A stretch of 64,000 bases of DNA, taken from positions 20,604,223-20,668,222 of the forward strand of contig NC_057718.1 of the NCBI RefSeq assembly GCF_004010195.1, read 5' to 3'. Under the pieces are notes generated by a model. It saw only the letters and a list, made by a program, of their open reading frames with translations. It made no database searches and was not told where the DNA came from. A program made the translations under genes and the position numbers. Of this stretch, positions 25,124 through 36,763 are shown in pieces. Source of the DNA: Chiloscyllium plagiosum. Its lineage: Eukaryota. How positions within the stretch are numbered: the stretch's first letter is position 1; every line of letters starts with the position of its first letter.

Positions 25124-26470
25124 TTAAATCCGCGATAACAAATCTGCAATTACATTCTTACCACCCACAACATGTACAATTTTTAAATTAAAAGTGTAAC
25201 ATAAGACTCCAACAAAATAGTCTCATATTCCTGTCTTTAAAGCATTCTAAGAATGTAAGCGGATTGTGATTCATGTACACCACCATCTCCGACACATTGT
25301 TTGTGACATACACATGAAAATGTTGTAAGGCCAGTTCCAATGTCAATAGTTCTTTTTTGATCATGGAGTATTTCCTCTGGTGGATGTTGATCTTCTTCGA
25401 AAAGTAACCAACTGGCAGTTCAATCCCATCCTCATTTTTCTGTAGGAGTACAGCTCCAATTCCTATGTCACTAGTGTCGATGGTGACTTTAAAAGGTTTT
25501 GAGAAGTTTGGTGTAGCTAAAACTGGTTTGGTGATTAGTATTGATTTCAAATGGTCGAATGCCTCCTGGCATGGTTCTGTCCGCCAAAGCTTTGTGTTCT
25601 TCTTCAGCAAATTGGTTAACAGTGCCACAACACTGCTGCTGTTTGGAACAAACATCCGATAGAATCCGCTGAGTCTTAAGAATGGAAGCAGCTCTTGCTT
25701 TGAGGTAGGTCATGGAAATTTCTTGATGACCTTTGTCTTTGCATACCATGGGGTTGACCTTCCATGACCGATGTTATGTCCCAAGAACGTCACCTCTGCT
25801 TTCATGAATTCAGTTTCATTTCAATTTATCACCAGGTTTGCTTCTTGTAGTTATTCAAAAAACTCTGCCAACTGTACCATGTGATCTTTCCAGGATTTAC
25901 TAAAGATCACTACATCATCCAAATAGACTGCTCAGTTTGTTAACCAAGGCACAACCCTGTTCATGAGGCTTTGGAATGTGGCAGGTGTGTTTTTCTTCAT
26001 TCCAAAGGGCATCACTTTAAACTGATCTAACCCATTTGGGGTTACAAACATAGAAATTTCTTTTGCCAAATGATAAATATACCTGCCAGTAACCACGCAT
26101 TAAGTCCAACTTCGTGATGTAACTGGCTTGTCCGACTTTCTCAGTACAGTCCTCCAATCTAGGAATAGGATGTGAGTCTGATTTTGTAAGGGTGTTGACC
26201 TTCCAATGATCCACACAGAATCGTTGAGTTCTGTCCGATCTGGGAACTGAGATGATCGGTGAACTCTACTTGCTCTGGCTTGGTTCGATAATGTCCTCAT
26301 TAATGGCCTCCAACTCCATTTGGACCTGTCTGGCTTTGAAAGGTTTAAGCCAATATGGGTGTTGTTTTATCAGAATAGCATTCCCTATGTCTAATTCATG
26401 TCCAAAAGCATTAGTCCTCCCCATCTGATTCTTACATATGTCCTTATACTGCAGTAACAAATCTTTCAAC
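25124..26470 (-). pseudogene. pol: Reverse transcriptase and RNase H (frameshifted)
   Basis: IKQHPY, HPIPRLED, KLDLMRGYWQV, VYLDDV (YLDD at 25914-25925), IDTSDIGIGAVL, KNVIADLLSRI then stop at 25124. Confidence 0.92.
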
Positions 26471-26529
26471 TGTGTTCTATGCTCCTGAGACAGACAGCTT
26501 ACTAACCTATCCCACTCCTCAAGGACTTC

Positions 26530-27900
26530 TTCATTTTTTTACTCTACTTTGAGGCACATCAAAATCCACATCATCTGGATTTGATTCCTCACTCTGCGGT
26601 GCAGTAACTAACACTTGTTTCTCCAGTTCTTTCTCTCTAGAATAATAAGGTTTCAGCATGTTCACATGACAGACAAAATCCACATCATCTGGATTTGATT
26701 CCTCACTCTGCAGGACAGTAACTAACACCTGTTTCTCCAGTTCTTTCTCTCTAGAATAATATGGTTTCAGCATGTTCACATGACAGACCTGATGCCTTTT
26801 TTTTTTATCTGGCATCTTTACCAAATAGTTCACCTGATTCAACTTTTTCTCAATTTGATAGGGACCACTAAACCTGGCTTTGAAGGGATCGCCTATCACT
26901 GGTGCCAGTACTAACACATCATCCCCTCAGGAAAACATCCAAGTCTCAGAGCTTTTATCTGCCACCTGCTTCATTCTACACTGTGCCCTCTTTCAGTGCT
27001 GTTTAGCTAACTCACCTACTCCATTTAATCTCTCCCTCACCTCTGATACATAATCTAATTGTGAGATCTCCGACTTTGGTCCTGTCAATTTTTCTTTAAT
27101 TAATCTCAAATGGCTTCTCACTTCATGACCGAATATTAACTCGAAGGGAGTGAACTGAGTAGATTTGTTTGGGGCACCTCTAATGGCAAACAATATGAAT
27201 GGGATACCTTTATCCCAAACATTCGGGTAATTCTGATAGTATGCTTAACATGGTCTTCAAGGTCTGATGCCACCGTTCTAAAGCTCCATGGGATTCAAGA
27301 TGATATGCACTGGATTTAAAGTGCTGTATACCTAAGGCATTCATAACCTCCTTAAAGAGCCTAGCAGTAAAATTTGACGCTTGGTCTGACTGAATGTCTC
27401 TGGGTAATCCATACTATGCGAAGAAAACTACTAACTTCTCTACCACCTTTTCTGCCTTGATACTCTGTAATGGAATTGCATCCGGAAATCTGGTAGAAAC
27501 ATCCATTATGGTTCTGGTACTGGTTCCCACTTTTAGTTCTCAGGAGGGGACCTACACAATCAATGATAACCCATGTGAAAGGTTCTTCAAATGGGGGAAT
27601 TAGCATCAAAGGTGCTGGTTTTATTACTGCCTTTGGCTCATCTACCATTTGGCATGTATGACATGTACAGCAAAAGGTAACCACATCCTTGTGCATTCTC
27701 GGCCTATAAAAATGTTTTTGTACCTTAGCCTGAGTCTTTCGTAATGCTAGATGACCTTCAACAGGTAGTTCTTGTGCTATCCATAACACCTCCTGTCTGT
27801 ATACTACCGGCAACACAATCTGGTGCACTTCAGCCCATTTCTCCTCTGCACTAACCTGCTGTGGTCTCCACTCGGTCCTAGGATTCTATCTTTCAGTTAG
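26530..27900 (-). pseudogene. pol: Integrase (H2C2, DDE core, GPY/F) upstream of RT
   Basis: GHLALRKT..CHTCQ, PFTWVIIDCVGPL, IQSDQASNF, TPFELIFG, ARFSGPYQI. Confidence 0.92.
26560..26788. repeat. 114-bp in-frame tandem duplication
   Basis: VCHVNMLKPYYSREKELEKQVLVT..NPDDVDF occurs twice in ORF 26531..26917. Confidence 0.95.
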
Positions 27901-28219
27901 TAATCCTCTGGAATATTCTTTGCCTCCTTTTTGGAGTAAGCATCTACATATATATCTTTTACCATCTTGTCTCTTTGTTCCAAGTCTCTTAGTCTTTCAG
28001 GAGTAAACACTTCTGTCTGACCCTCTGCCTGTTCAGGTTTTCCCTGCACCATTACATCAAATGGGGTATCCACTAACTGAACCTCAACTCCTTCATCTTT
28101 CGCTTTACTTTTTGCTTCATGCTGTGATCTGGTTACCACACAGTCTGGGAAAATACCAGGATATTTCTGTTTTAACCTCTTCATAATCTCTTGACCCCTC
28201 ATCTGGGAGTACGGCAAAT

Positions 28220-29089
28220 ACCTAACTTGCTCTACCTACCAATTTAGTCTGAAATATCATTCCCCACAAATCCTTGGACCACTGCATGTGCCGAGTCAAT
28301 TTTTCAAATGAAATAAAGAAGGCTTCAACATCTTTCTCATCAAAATGTGGCAGAGTTTTGACATACTTGTATATCCTCCGCCCTTGAACCCCGTCCCTCC
28401 AACCGCCACCAGGGCTCCCACTCAAATGACCGTTGGTGATTAAAGGGTGAGTATTTATACTCACAGTTCTCCTTCCCGGCTGCCCCTCTGTTTGCCGTCA
28501 CTTCCTCTGCTGCTCCCGCTCTTTTTGTGAAGAGAGAATAAAAAACACCGCTGCCCGCTACAGTTAAGTAATTTTGAAACAAACTGTTTTACCTTAGCTG
28601 TAGTCTCCCGGGTTCGCCTTTACTCGGCCGCTGCTCCCACTCAAATGACCGTTGGTGATTAAAGGGTGAGTATTTATACTCACAGTTCTCCTTCCCGGCT
28701 GCCCCTCTGCTTGCCGTCACTTCCTCTGCTGCTCCCGCTCTTTTTGTGAAGAGAGAATAAAAAACACCGCTGCCCGCTACAGGTAAGTAATTTTGAAACA
28801 AACTGTTTTACCTTAGCTGTAGTCTCCCGGGTTCGCCTTTACTCGGCCGCTGCTCCCACTCAAATGGTACTTCTACTGTACTTGTCTGTTTCTCTGATAC
28901 ACCTTATTGTTTGAGTAATTCCCTTACAATTTCAGCTTTACTTTTGTCCTTGGTTAAACCCAAATCTAACTTATTTGCTAATTCTAAAGGTATGGCCTTT
29001 TTCTTTCTTTTTAAACTTTCTTGGTAAATTTGAGAATCGTCTTCAAATCCCAGAACCTCTTTAGCAATTTTAAGAGCCATTTCTGTCAC
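28220..29089 (-). pseudogene. gag: gag N-terminal part, interrupted and truncated
   Basis: LELANKLDLGL..KAEIVRELL and LPHFDEKDVEAFFISFEK..W..KLVGRA; the rest of gag and the protease are missing before CVVTRSQ. Confidence 0.8.
28414..28866. repeat. Two near-identical 219-bp tandem units plus a 15-bp partial, foreign to gag
   Basis: GCTCCCACTCAAATG starts at 28414, 28633 and 28852. Confidence 0.95.
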
Positions 29090-29292
29090 TTTTAATTTAA
29101 TCTACCATAAGTCACTGAAAGTAAACTAATTGCCTCACCTAAGTTTTATTTAAAGATCTAAGACACTAACCTTCAAGTGTTTAAATCTGCTGAGATTTTT
29201 CATACCCCCAATTCTATTCAAATCTGTCAAAACAGTTCAAATCACAAATCCAAGATCCAAACTGTTCAAATCCCAACGAGGAGCCCACAAAC

Positions 29293-30002
29293 TGTTCTGA
29301 CACGTGGTAAACCCTCCTGTTTAATTTAAACCAGCAACACAGAAAAGATTTATCTTGTGCAGTAATCTGTGAAAATCTGAGAGGCCAGGAATTATTTTAA
29401 GTAAAAATTAACAACTTTATTTCTTAAAGTATAACAGAGAATAATTAACTGACAACTATTTACAACTCCTTCCTCTAACCTATCTTTTATTTTCCCTTCC
29501 ACAATACTAGTCTGATAAAACTCCCGATTAAGATTTACTGTAAAATGCAAATTTCAAAACCAGCCAGCAGTCGATTCTTCTCTTCCTCTGTAGATTTGCT
29601 GTTCAGGTCAGTGTTGGTTTTTCTCTGGGCAAACTCCTTCTCTGGACAGGTACCTCTTAGAGAGTTCTGACTAGCAGCCTACATCTGTTGGTCTTTTGGC
29701 AGTTCTCCCCCAGCTGTTCAATTTTTTCTACTCTTATGCGCCCAAAGCATCGGATTGTGTCATTGGCTTTTAATATTGTCAATATGCTTAATTCAAACTG
29801 GATTGGAGTTTGGTATTTTTCTGGGGGGTATAATTTAAACTGATTGGCCACATTCAAATTTGTTTTTGTCTCTAGGCAACCGGTCAATGAACTGCTGGAC
29901 CACATGTTGCATTGTATCTTATGCAGAATATTTGATGCTCTCAGGTAGTTCTGCTAGCTTTTATCTCTCTTAAAGGTACAGTACACCCACATCTTCATAA
30001 CA
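29293..30002 (-). repeat. 5' LTR
   Basis: Direct repeat of 24108-24933, adjacent to the PBS-like sequence. Confidence 0.95.
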
Positions 30003-30006
30003 AAAC

Positions 30007-30230
30007 AACCTCGCCTGGTCCACCTTTCAAACCCCCTAAGAATTCTGCATGTTTCGATAATTTACCCAGATTTTTAAACTCCAATGAATAAAACCCCACT
30101 CACTTCAAACTCTTCTCATAAGAAAACCCTTCCAAAACCAGACTCAGCCAAATAAACCTCATCTGGACTGTCTCCAGTGCCAATATATCTTTACTTAGAT
30201 AAGGAGAACAAAATTATTTGCAGTTTTCCA
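30007..30230 (-). mobile_element. CR1 LINE fragment, right half
   Basis: Continues 23830-24107 across the AAAC TSD. Confidence 0.75.
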
Positions 30231-31157
30231 AGTGTCTCTATTATGGAGAGGGAGAGGAGGGGAATTGCTACAACCTCCTTCAAGCTCCATTCTTCCCTCA
30301 ACACCTAACTATTGAAGACTACCTCGTGGGTCAAAACCTTCAGCGTAGCCAGCATTCTGATCTTTGGTGTGCTTCTGGCCCTTTAAATTATTGCATGGGA
30401 GTTCCTGGTGCTGCAGTAACCCCCGACGATCCTTCTTTGTATTGCCAAAGTGACTTGGGAGGTGGGGGTGGGGTAAAGAAATGGCTATCTAAACCCAAAA
30501 CTGATTTGAATGCAGCATTTGTGCAACAAAAGCTCTTTATCTGTTTATGTGTTTGACAGCTTGTGAATGAATTGAGTTAATGAGGAGAAGACACACAGCA
30601 GGCTGTGACCATTGGGTGGGGAAGGACATTGGCGGGGAGGTTAAGCAAACAACTGGCACACACAACAGTAATCCAGCTGTGCTGGGGCGCCCTGTGTCAG
30701 TTTACACTAGTGTGCCTCTTATCACAAGGTAACAATTTAGTGCTTTGCTGAGCTGAAAAACTAACAGTTTTTATTGGAAGTTCATGATCTGTTACTCCAT
30801 TGAGTTGCAGGAGTGGGGGACAAATCAAACCACATCACAAACCCAGCAGCAGATTCAATAAACCTTAACAATTATTGTAACAAGTTCTGGACAAACGTAG
30901 CTGCTGAGTTGCAGATCAGTACCATTAAATGAACTTGGGCAAGCTTACTGTTAGAAATGTTATAACTTCAACAGAAGCTCATTATACTATCAGTAATACT
31001 GCAACAGATTAAAATCAGAGCAAATCATGATTTCTATCAAGAATGATTAAGAGTTGGAAAATAAAGTAATGATTTGGAGATGCCAGTGTTGGACTGGGGT
31101 GTACCAACATAAAAATCACACAACACCGGGTTATAGCCTAACAGGTTTATTTGGAAG

Positions 31158-31193
31158 CACTTGCTTTCGGAGTGCTGCTCCTTCATCAGGTGG
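31158..31193 (-). ncRNA. Minimal hammerhead ribozyme (subfamily C), U16.1 mutated
   Basis: CAC-CUGAUGA-A-GGAG-CAGCA-CUCC-GAAA-GC-AA-GUG; the expected UH is AA, so probably inactive. Confidence 0.65.
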
Positions 31194-31549
31194 TTGTGGA
31201 GAATAAGATTGTATGACACAGAATTTGTAGCAAAAGTTTACAGTGTGATGTAACTGGAATTATATATTGAAAAAGACCTGGATTGTTTACTAAGTCTCTC
31301 ATCTTTTAGAATGACCATGTTGGTTGAAGTTCTTTCATACGTAAATCGCAAAACCTTTTAAAAAAGTTACACTTTCAAGTGAACTTTAACAATTGGTGTC
31401 ATATCGGCCCAGAAAATGCATTGAAGGTGCGAGCTGCTCTGTCTGTGCCACAATGATTCTAATCCAAAAAGCAGAATCTTACATGGATTCATGCAGTTTT
31501 TGAGCAAATAAGATGTAATTCTGCAAGTACAATTTCACTCCACAAACTT

Positions 31550-31752
31550 ATATGTGTATGTGTGCATGTGGTTGTGTGTGTGTGGGTGTATGTGTTGAGG
31601 GGGGGGTGGGTGCTATGAGTATCTGTGAGAGAATGTGTGTGTGTGTGAGTGTGAGTGTAAAGGGGTATAAAGTCTGTGGGAGGGAGTGTGTGGGAATGTA
31701 TGTGTGAGCATATGGGAGAGGGTCTCCATGAGTGTGTGTGTGTGTGTGTGTA
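31550..31752. repeat. Imperfect (TG)n-rich tract inside the pLTR
   Basis: Several TG runs; source of the His/Thr-rich ORFs in the track. Confidence 0.9.
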
Positions 31753-32239
31753 TAGTGCAATGGGGTTGCCTGTAGCGTGACATGAACCCAAGATCCTGGT
31801 TGAGGCCATCCCCATAGGTATTGAACTTGTCTATCAGCCTCTGCTCGGCCACTTTCCGTTGTTGCCTGTCCCAAAGTCCGCCTTGGAACCTGAAGGTCCA
31901 ACGTCGAATAGCCTGGCCACTGAAGTGTTCTCCAACTGGGAGGGAAGAGTCCTGCCTGTTGATTGTTGTGCAGTGTCAATTCATCCATTGCCATAGCCTC
32001 TGCTCGGTCTCGCCAATCTACCATGCCTCAGGGCATCCTTGCCTGCTGCATATAAGATAGACAACGCTGGCTGAGTTGCATGAGTACCTGCCACGTACAT
32101 AGTGGGAGGTGTCCCCACATGTAATGGTGGTATCCATATTGATATTCTGACATGTCTAATAATAAAGTAAAAATAAAGTAACGTTGTCTTAACATGTTTT
32201 ATTACTCCAAAAGTACTTAGATGCGCTGTCCCACTAATG

Positions 32240-32335
32240 TATTTGTCCCACAGTTCAGACATGCTATGATACATTTCCAGAGCATTTGGGACTCAAGCCT
32301 GGACCTTTTAGTTCAGAAGGAGGGACTTTACTAGT
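32240..32335 (-). mobile_element. Short tRNA-derived SINE (family C), decayed
   Basis: Reverse-complement similarity to 52834-52950. Confidence 0.5.
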
Positions 32336-33961
32336 CAAAGTCATCGCAGTCTGTCATCCAAGGGAAATGTTTCGGGCCTGGAAAAGACAGATTGCAAGAA
32401 GGTGACAATGTAACAAGAATTATGAACTATAAAGCTCAGGATCTACTTGGAAAAAGATCAACTTATACTGTAAAATTACAAGGAAAAGCCTTATTGTCTG
32501 TTTTCACATGCTCCTTGTCTAATGACTGTCTAAGTCCCACTGCTTTTATCACTCCGGCCATCAATTCCACTCTTAGTCTGGTTGCTTCTCTTATTTATGT
32601 TGGATTTTTCTCATGATTCCATTAATTCTGTATTTAGCAAATGGGCAACCAAGGTCCTTGCCCTCTACCTATGCTGAATATAAAATGGTTATTTCTATAG
32701 ACAAACTAGCAGAGGTGGCTAGAGAGTATCTGATGGCTGCTGCTGATGATTGACTTCTGGTGACGATAGACAGGGAGTAAGGAACTCTTTTCTATAGTTT
32801 GCAGTGATATCATGGTCGCTGGTGCTGGCTCCAGGTATCAACTGCTTATAGACTCATTGATGACAATTGCTTTTTGGTGGATAATTGCTGACATTAGGTG
32901 GTTTCTGGTGACTTGCTACTGGTGTTAGCTGGCTGTAGACTTGCTGCTGTTTTGCTGATGGCTGACTGTTTGCAGATTAGTAAATCGGTTAACCTTTCTG
33001 TCTCAGTTATTCACTGAATGAACTTATTCAACTCCTGGCATCGGTTTTAATGAACCACATGATATATTTCTTGCATCTGGTGATGTGGAATGCACCTTAA
33101 AATGTTTATCTGAATAGAAGCAGTTGACTCCAAAATGGCCTGACTTGCAGCTAATACGTTTTCTGAACTAAATAACATTGAGAAAGGAAGTAAGTTGGTA
33201 GGACCAACCCTCAAAGCTAAATCCTCAACGTATCTACTCCTATATTTACCAGCATAAATGTGTCAGGTAAGGGTAACAAGTCTTATACACAGAGGACAAT
33301 TGACAGGAGTTCACTTTTGTTGATAACTTGTGTATAATTTAAGCTGTGAGAGAATCTCAAACTCATTAAAACAATTCTCAAAGGCCAAATCATGTTGGAA
33401 AGTATTGTGTGATAGTTTACACGTGTAAATTGTCATCTCTAATGTATACATATTGCAATTACGTATGCTGAGGGGCACTGCAAATACCAGAAACACACAC
33501 AGATCAAAATGTTCTTGCTTGTGGGGGCATTTTTGCCATTTGTCGAAGACTGTAAATGCCAAACCGATTAATATAAAGGGAAGCTATATGAGGGCACTGT
33601 GCAGCACCCCAGGACAAAAATTTTTTTAAATGCACAATTAAATTCCCCACTCTGACAGGCAGCTTCAATTATATCTTCAAGTCATTTGACACAGTGGGGG
33701 AAAATGTTCTTCAGTTCTAAACACAGCTGAAAGGTTTCCTGACTGAAGTAAAACACAAACACTATGCAAAAAAAACACATTTAAGATCTGAAAAGAACGT
33801 ATTAACTTAAGGATATTTATCGTTAGAGTGATGACTTTTAAAGGAAAAGTCCATTAATCTGAACATAAATAATTTCTATCTAGATTACAACCATCACAAC
33901 ATGAAAAAAGATATACTTGATGAATTGAGGGATGCCAAAGTGGTAGGCACTGTCTAGTTGG

Positions 33962-34133
33962 GAGAAAAACAGGAAGTTCTGACAAACTTGGAAGTTGGGC
34001 AACATGAATGGAGAGAGAAAGAGTGAATGTTTTGAGTCCAATATGACTCTTCTGCAGAGGAGAGCTGCCGAATTTCATCAACTCTTCCTGTTTTTATTTA
34101 GGTTTCTAGCGTGCTGAGTATTTTGCTTTCATT
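33962..34133. mobile_element. Degenerate pLTR fold-back with decayed hammerhead (subfamily D)
   Basis: Minus strand CTGCAGA-A-GAGTC-ATATTG-GACTC-AAAAC; arms AAAAACAGGAAG / CTTCCTGTTTTT. Confidence 0.6.
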
Positions 34134-34507
34134 CTTGTGTCAAGTTGGGAATTTGTTTCATGAGGAAGTTTATTGTAGAGAGGGGTAGAGGTGCCACTTA
34201 TCTAACTTTTCAATAAACTTTTTTCCACCTCGAGTAGCTTTAAAAGGCTCAAGTTGCTCCCAAGAAATAGGAATAACCTTGAGACAGCAGTGAGCGCTTG
34301 AGGAGCTATAGGAATGAAACTGTCAGTTCAGAGCGTTCCATAGAAAATTAAAGTATAACAGTACTGTATTGAATGGTTGGTGAGCATTCCCTTTTTTAAC
34401 TCTTCTGTAAACTAATGAATTTTAATCAGAGATGTACTCTACCACATTAATTAAAATAATTCTGAAATTTGAGGTAATTTATTTGTAAAGTTTTATTGTA
34501 GTGGTAA

Positions 34508-35118
34508 TAGAACATAGAACATAGAAGAATACAGCGCAGTACAGGCCCTTAGGCCCACGATGTTGCGCCGATCCAAGCCCACCTAACCTATACTAGCTCA
34601 CTATCCTCCATATGCCTATCCAATGCCCGCTTAAATGCCCATAATGAGGGAGAGTCCACCACTGCTACTGGCAGGGCATTCCATGAACTCACGACTCGCT
34701 GAGTAAAGAACCTACCCCTAACATCTGTCCTATACTTACCCCCCCTTAATTTAAAGCTATGCCCCCTTGTAATAGCTGACTCCATACGAGGAAAAAGATT
34801 CTCACTGTCGACCCTATCTAAACCCCTAATCATCTTATACACCTCTATCAAGTCACCCCTAAACCTTCTTTTCTCCAATGAAAACAACCCCAAGTGCCTC
34901 AGCCTCTCCTCATACGATCTTTCTNNNNNNTATGGCGACCAAGACTGCACACAATACTCCAGATGCGGCTGCACCAGAGTCTTATACAACTGCAACATGA
35001 CCTCAGGGCTCCGGAACTCAATTCCTCTACCAATAAAAGCCAGTATGCCATATGCCTTCTTCACCGCACTATTTACCTGGGTGGCAACTTTCAAAGATCT
35101 GTGTACATGGACACCAAC
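34508..35118 (-). mobile_element. Young 5'-truncated CR1/HER1 LINE with 8-bp TSD
   Basis: Open RT C-terminal frame (LYKTLVQPHLEYCVQ..SYEERLRHLGLFSLEKRR), (TATGTTC)n tail, AGTGGTAA at 34500-34507 and 35119-35126. Confidence 0.93.
34925..34930. other. Assembly gap (6 N)
   Basis: NNNNNN; compared with the CR1 copy at 48049-48315, more than 6 bp appears to be missing here. Confidence 0.95.
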
Positions 35119-35266
35119 AGTGGTAAAGCTAGTTAGTAGTTGTGGTTGAGGTTGATAGTATATTATTATTATTTAAGATCATGAATTCTAAAGTGGATAG
35201 AACAATGTACAGCTTTGAGTTTGATTTGCATTTCTATGTACAGTGTGTTCAGAAGGAGGAATACGT

Positions 35267-36063
35267 GGGGCTGAATCTTTTTTCTTGCCTAAATGTCAGT
35301 TTTGCCAAGTTTTTTGGAAGGTTTCTTACCGTGAGGCCTGCCATGATTTCCCACCATGCCTTGCCAAAAGCATTGCATTAACTATCTATCCCACTCCTTT
35401 GGCAACTCTCTAGCCTGATTCTAACCTCGGTTTACCAAACATTGTGTCCAGCCACTCAGAGGATATTCACTAAAAGTCCGGTATCCCTGGTTGTTTGCAA
35501 AATCTTTAAAACACTGCTGTGCACCTGGACAAGTGTTGGCAACCCAGCATTGCCCCTCACCCGTAGCATAGTGGCATAGCAGCCACAAAGTCACATTGCT
35601 TATAGCACATAGCCAGCATGGCTGACAATTCCTCACTCACACAACCCCATTCTCTGACCCACATCGTTGTTTAAATGGCGTTATGGATTATGCCCCTACA
35701 CAACTTTTTCGTTGTGATCAACATTGAGTCTCTTCACAGCCTGTAGTGAGCTGAGGTCGCCAGCTACCCACTCTGACTTCCATATTGAAAATTTGGGGTG
35801 TCTAGTTGCGGCAGGTAGTCAGATGGGAAGCTCCATATTAATGAGCTGAGATATGCAGTTAATCAGGTCACTAACAAGCAGTAACCCCCTTCATATGCAA
35901 CTTGTTTCTCCCTAGCGAGAACCTCACCTGAAAAATCAGAATTTGGCTCAAAGATGCAGCAAGTTGCTCCCAATGTCAAGGTAAGCCTTGCTGAACTTTT
36001 CGCATGATTCTGCCATGTTTCGCACCATCGTCCATGTTGTTCAAGCCTACATAAAATTCTGTG
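35267..36063. mobile_element. Possible non-autonomous DNA transposon (PIF/Harbinger-like ends)
   Basis: Begins GGGCTGAATCTTT and ends AAAATTCTG; right end decayed, no TSD seen. Confidence 0.35.
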
Positions 36064-36284
36064 AACAGCATTAGTTTCATTTTTGGATTAATATGCTTTG
36101 GTGCTAGGAGGTCTCAGGCCTGTTTATGCATTTTTAAATCAGACTTACAATCTTTGAGTAGAGCCTTTTGGGGAAAGGACTGACTTTTCACTGAGATTTG
36201 AGTACCTGTAAGGATGTTGATAGGGTAAAAGGGTTGAATCTTTCTTTCTGATATTTGTAATGAGACCATTTCAAATAGTTCTTA

Positions 36285-36588
36285 TATAGAATCATAGAAT
36301 CCTTACAGTGTGGAAAGAGGTCATTTGGTCCCTCGAGTCTACAATGACCATCCAGAAAGCATCCCAGTCAGACCCACGCTCCCAATCAATCAAACGTGAT
36401 CCCCATAACCCAGCATTTCCCATAGCCAATCCACCTAACCTGCACATCTTTGGACTGTGGGAGGAAACCAGAACACCTGGCAGAAGCCCATACAGACATA
36501 GGGAGAACGTGCAAATGCCACACAGACAGTCAGCTGAGGTTGGAATTGAACTCAGGTCCATGGTGCTGTGAGGCAGCAGTGCTAACCC
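36285..36588 (-). mobile_element. HE1 SINE
   Basis: Homologous to 15805-16112. Confidence 0.88.
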
Positions 36589-36763
36589 GCAGCCCAAACT
36601 GTAGCATAATTTGTGTTTTTCATTTGTGTAATAAACTTTTATGTTTTTTAGTTAAAAGTACAATGGCAGCTTCTTGTCAATACATTTAGCTCAGGTAAAA
36701 TATGATCACCTAAGTTAAAAAAGAGAAAAGTAAACTTCATGTCTATCAACAAGACATGAGTAA

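Larger units (their letters stand above)
24108..30002 (-). mobile_element. Gmr1-type Ty3/gypsy LTR retrotransposon, defective
   Basis: TG..CA LTRs, AAAC TSD (24104-24107, 30003-30006), PPT AAGGCGGGAGG next to 24933, degenerate tRNA-Pro-like PBS at ~29270-29290, domain order gag-IN-RT-RNaseH. Confidence 0.95.
31068..32156 (-). mobile_element. Penelope-like element: GIY-YIG endonuclease and pLTR with (CA)-rich tract
   Basis: Minus strand reads YSCNSASVVYLICSRQGCPEAW*IGETEQRL..PVGEHF..EQRLIDKFNTYGDGLN; hammerhead at 31158-31193 followed by AATAAA. Confidence 0.88.

Noticed and set aside
28414..28866. Repeat array or duplicated 70-80-aa gene
   Set aside because: Identical tandem units without unique spacers in eukaryotic DNA, so not CRISPR; the ORFs resemble no protein family I recognise.
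31489..32024. His/Thr-rich ORFs of 108 and 158 aa
   Set aside because: Translations of the (CA)-rich pLTR tract and off-frame Penelope endonuclease.
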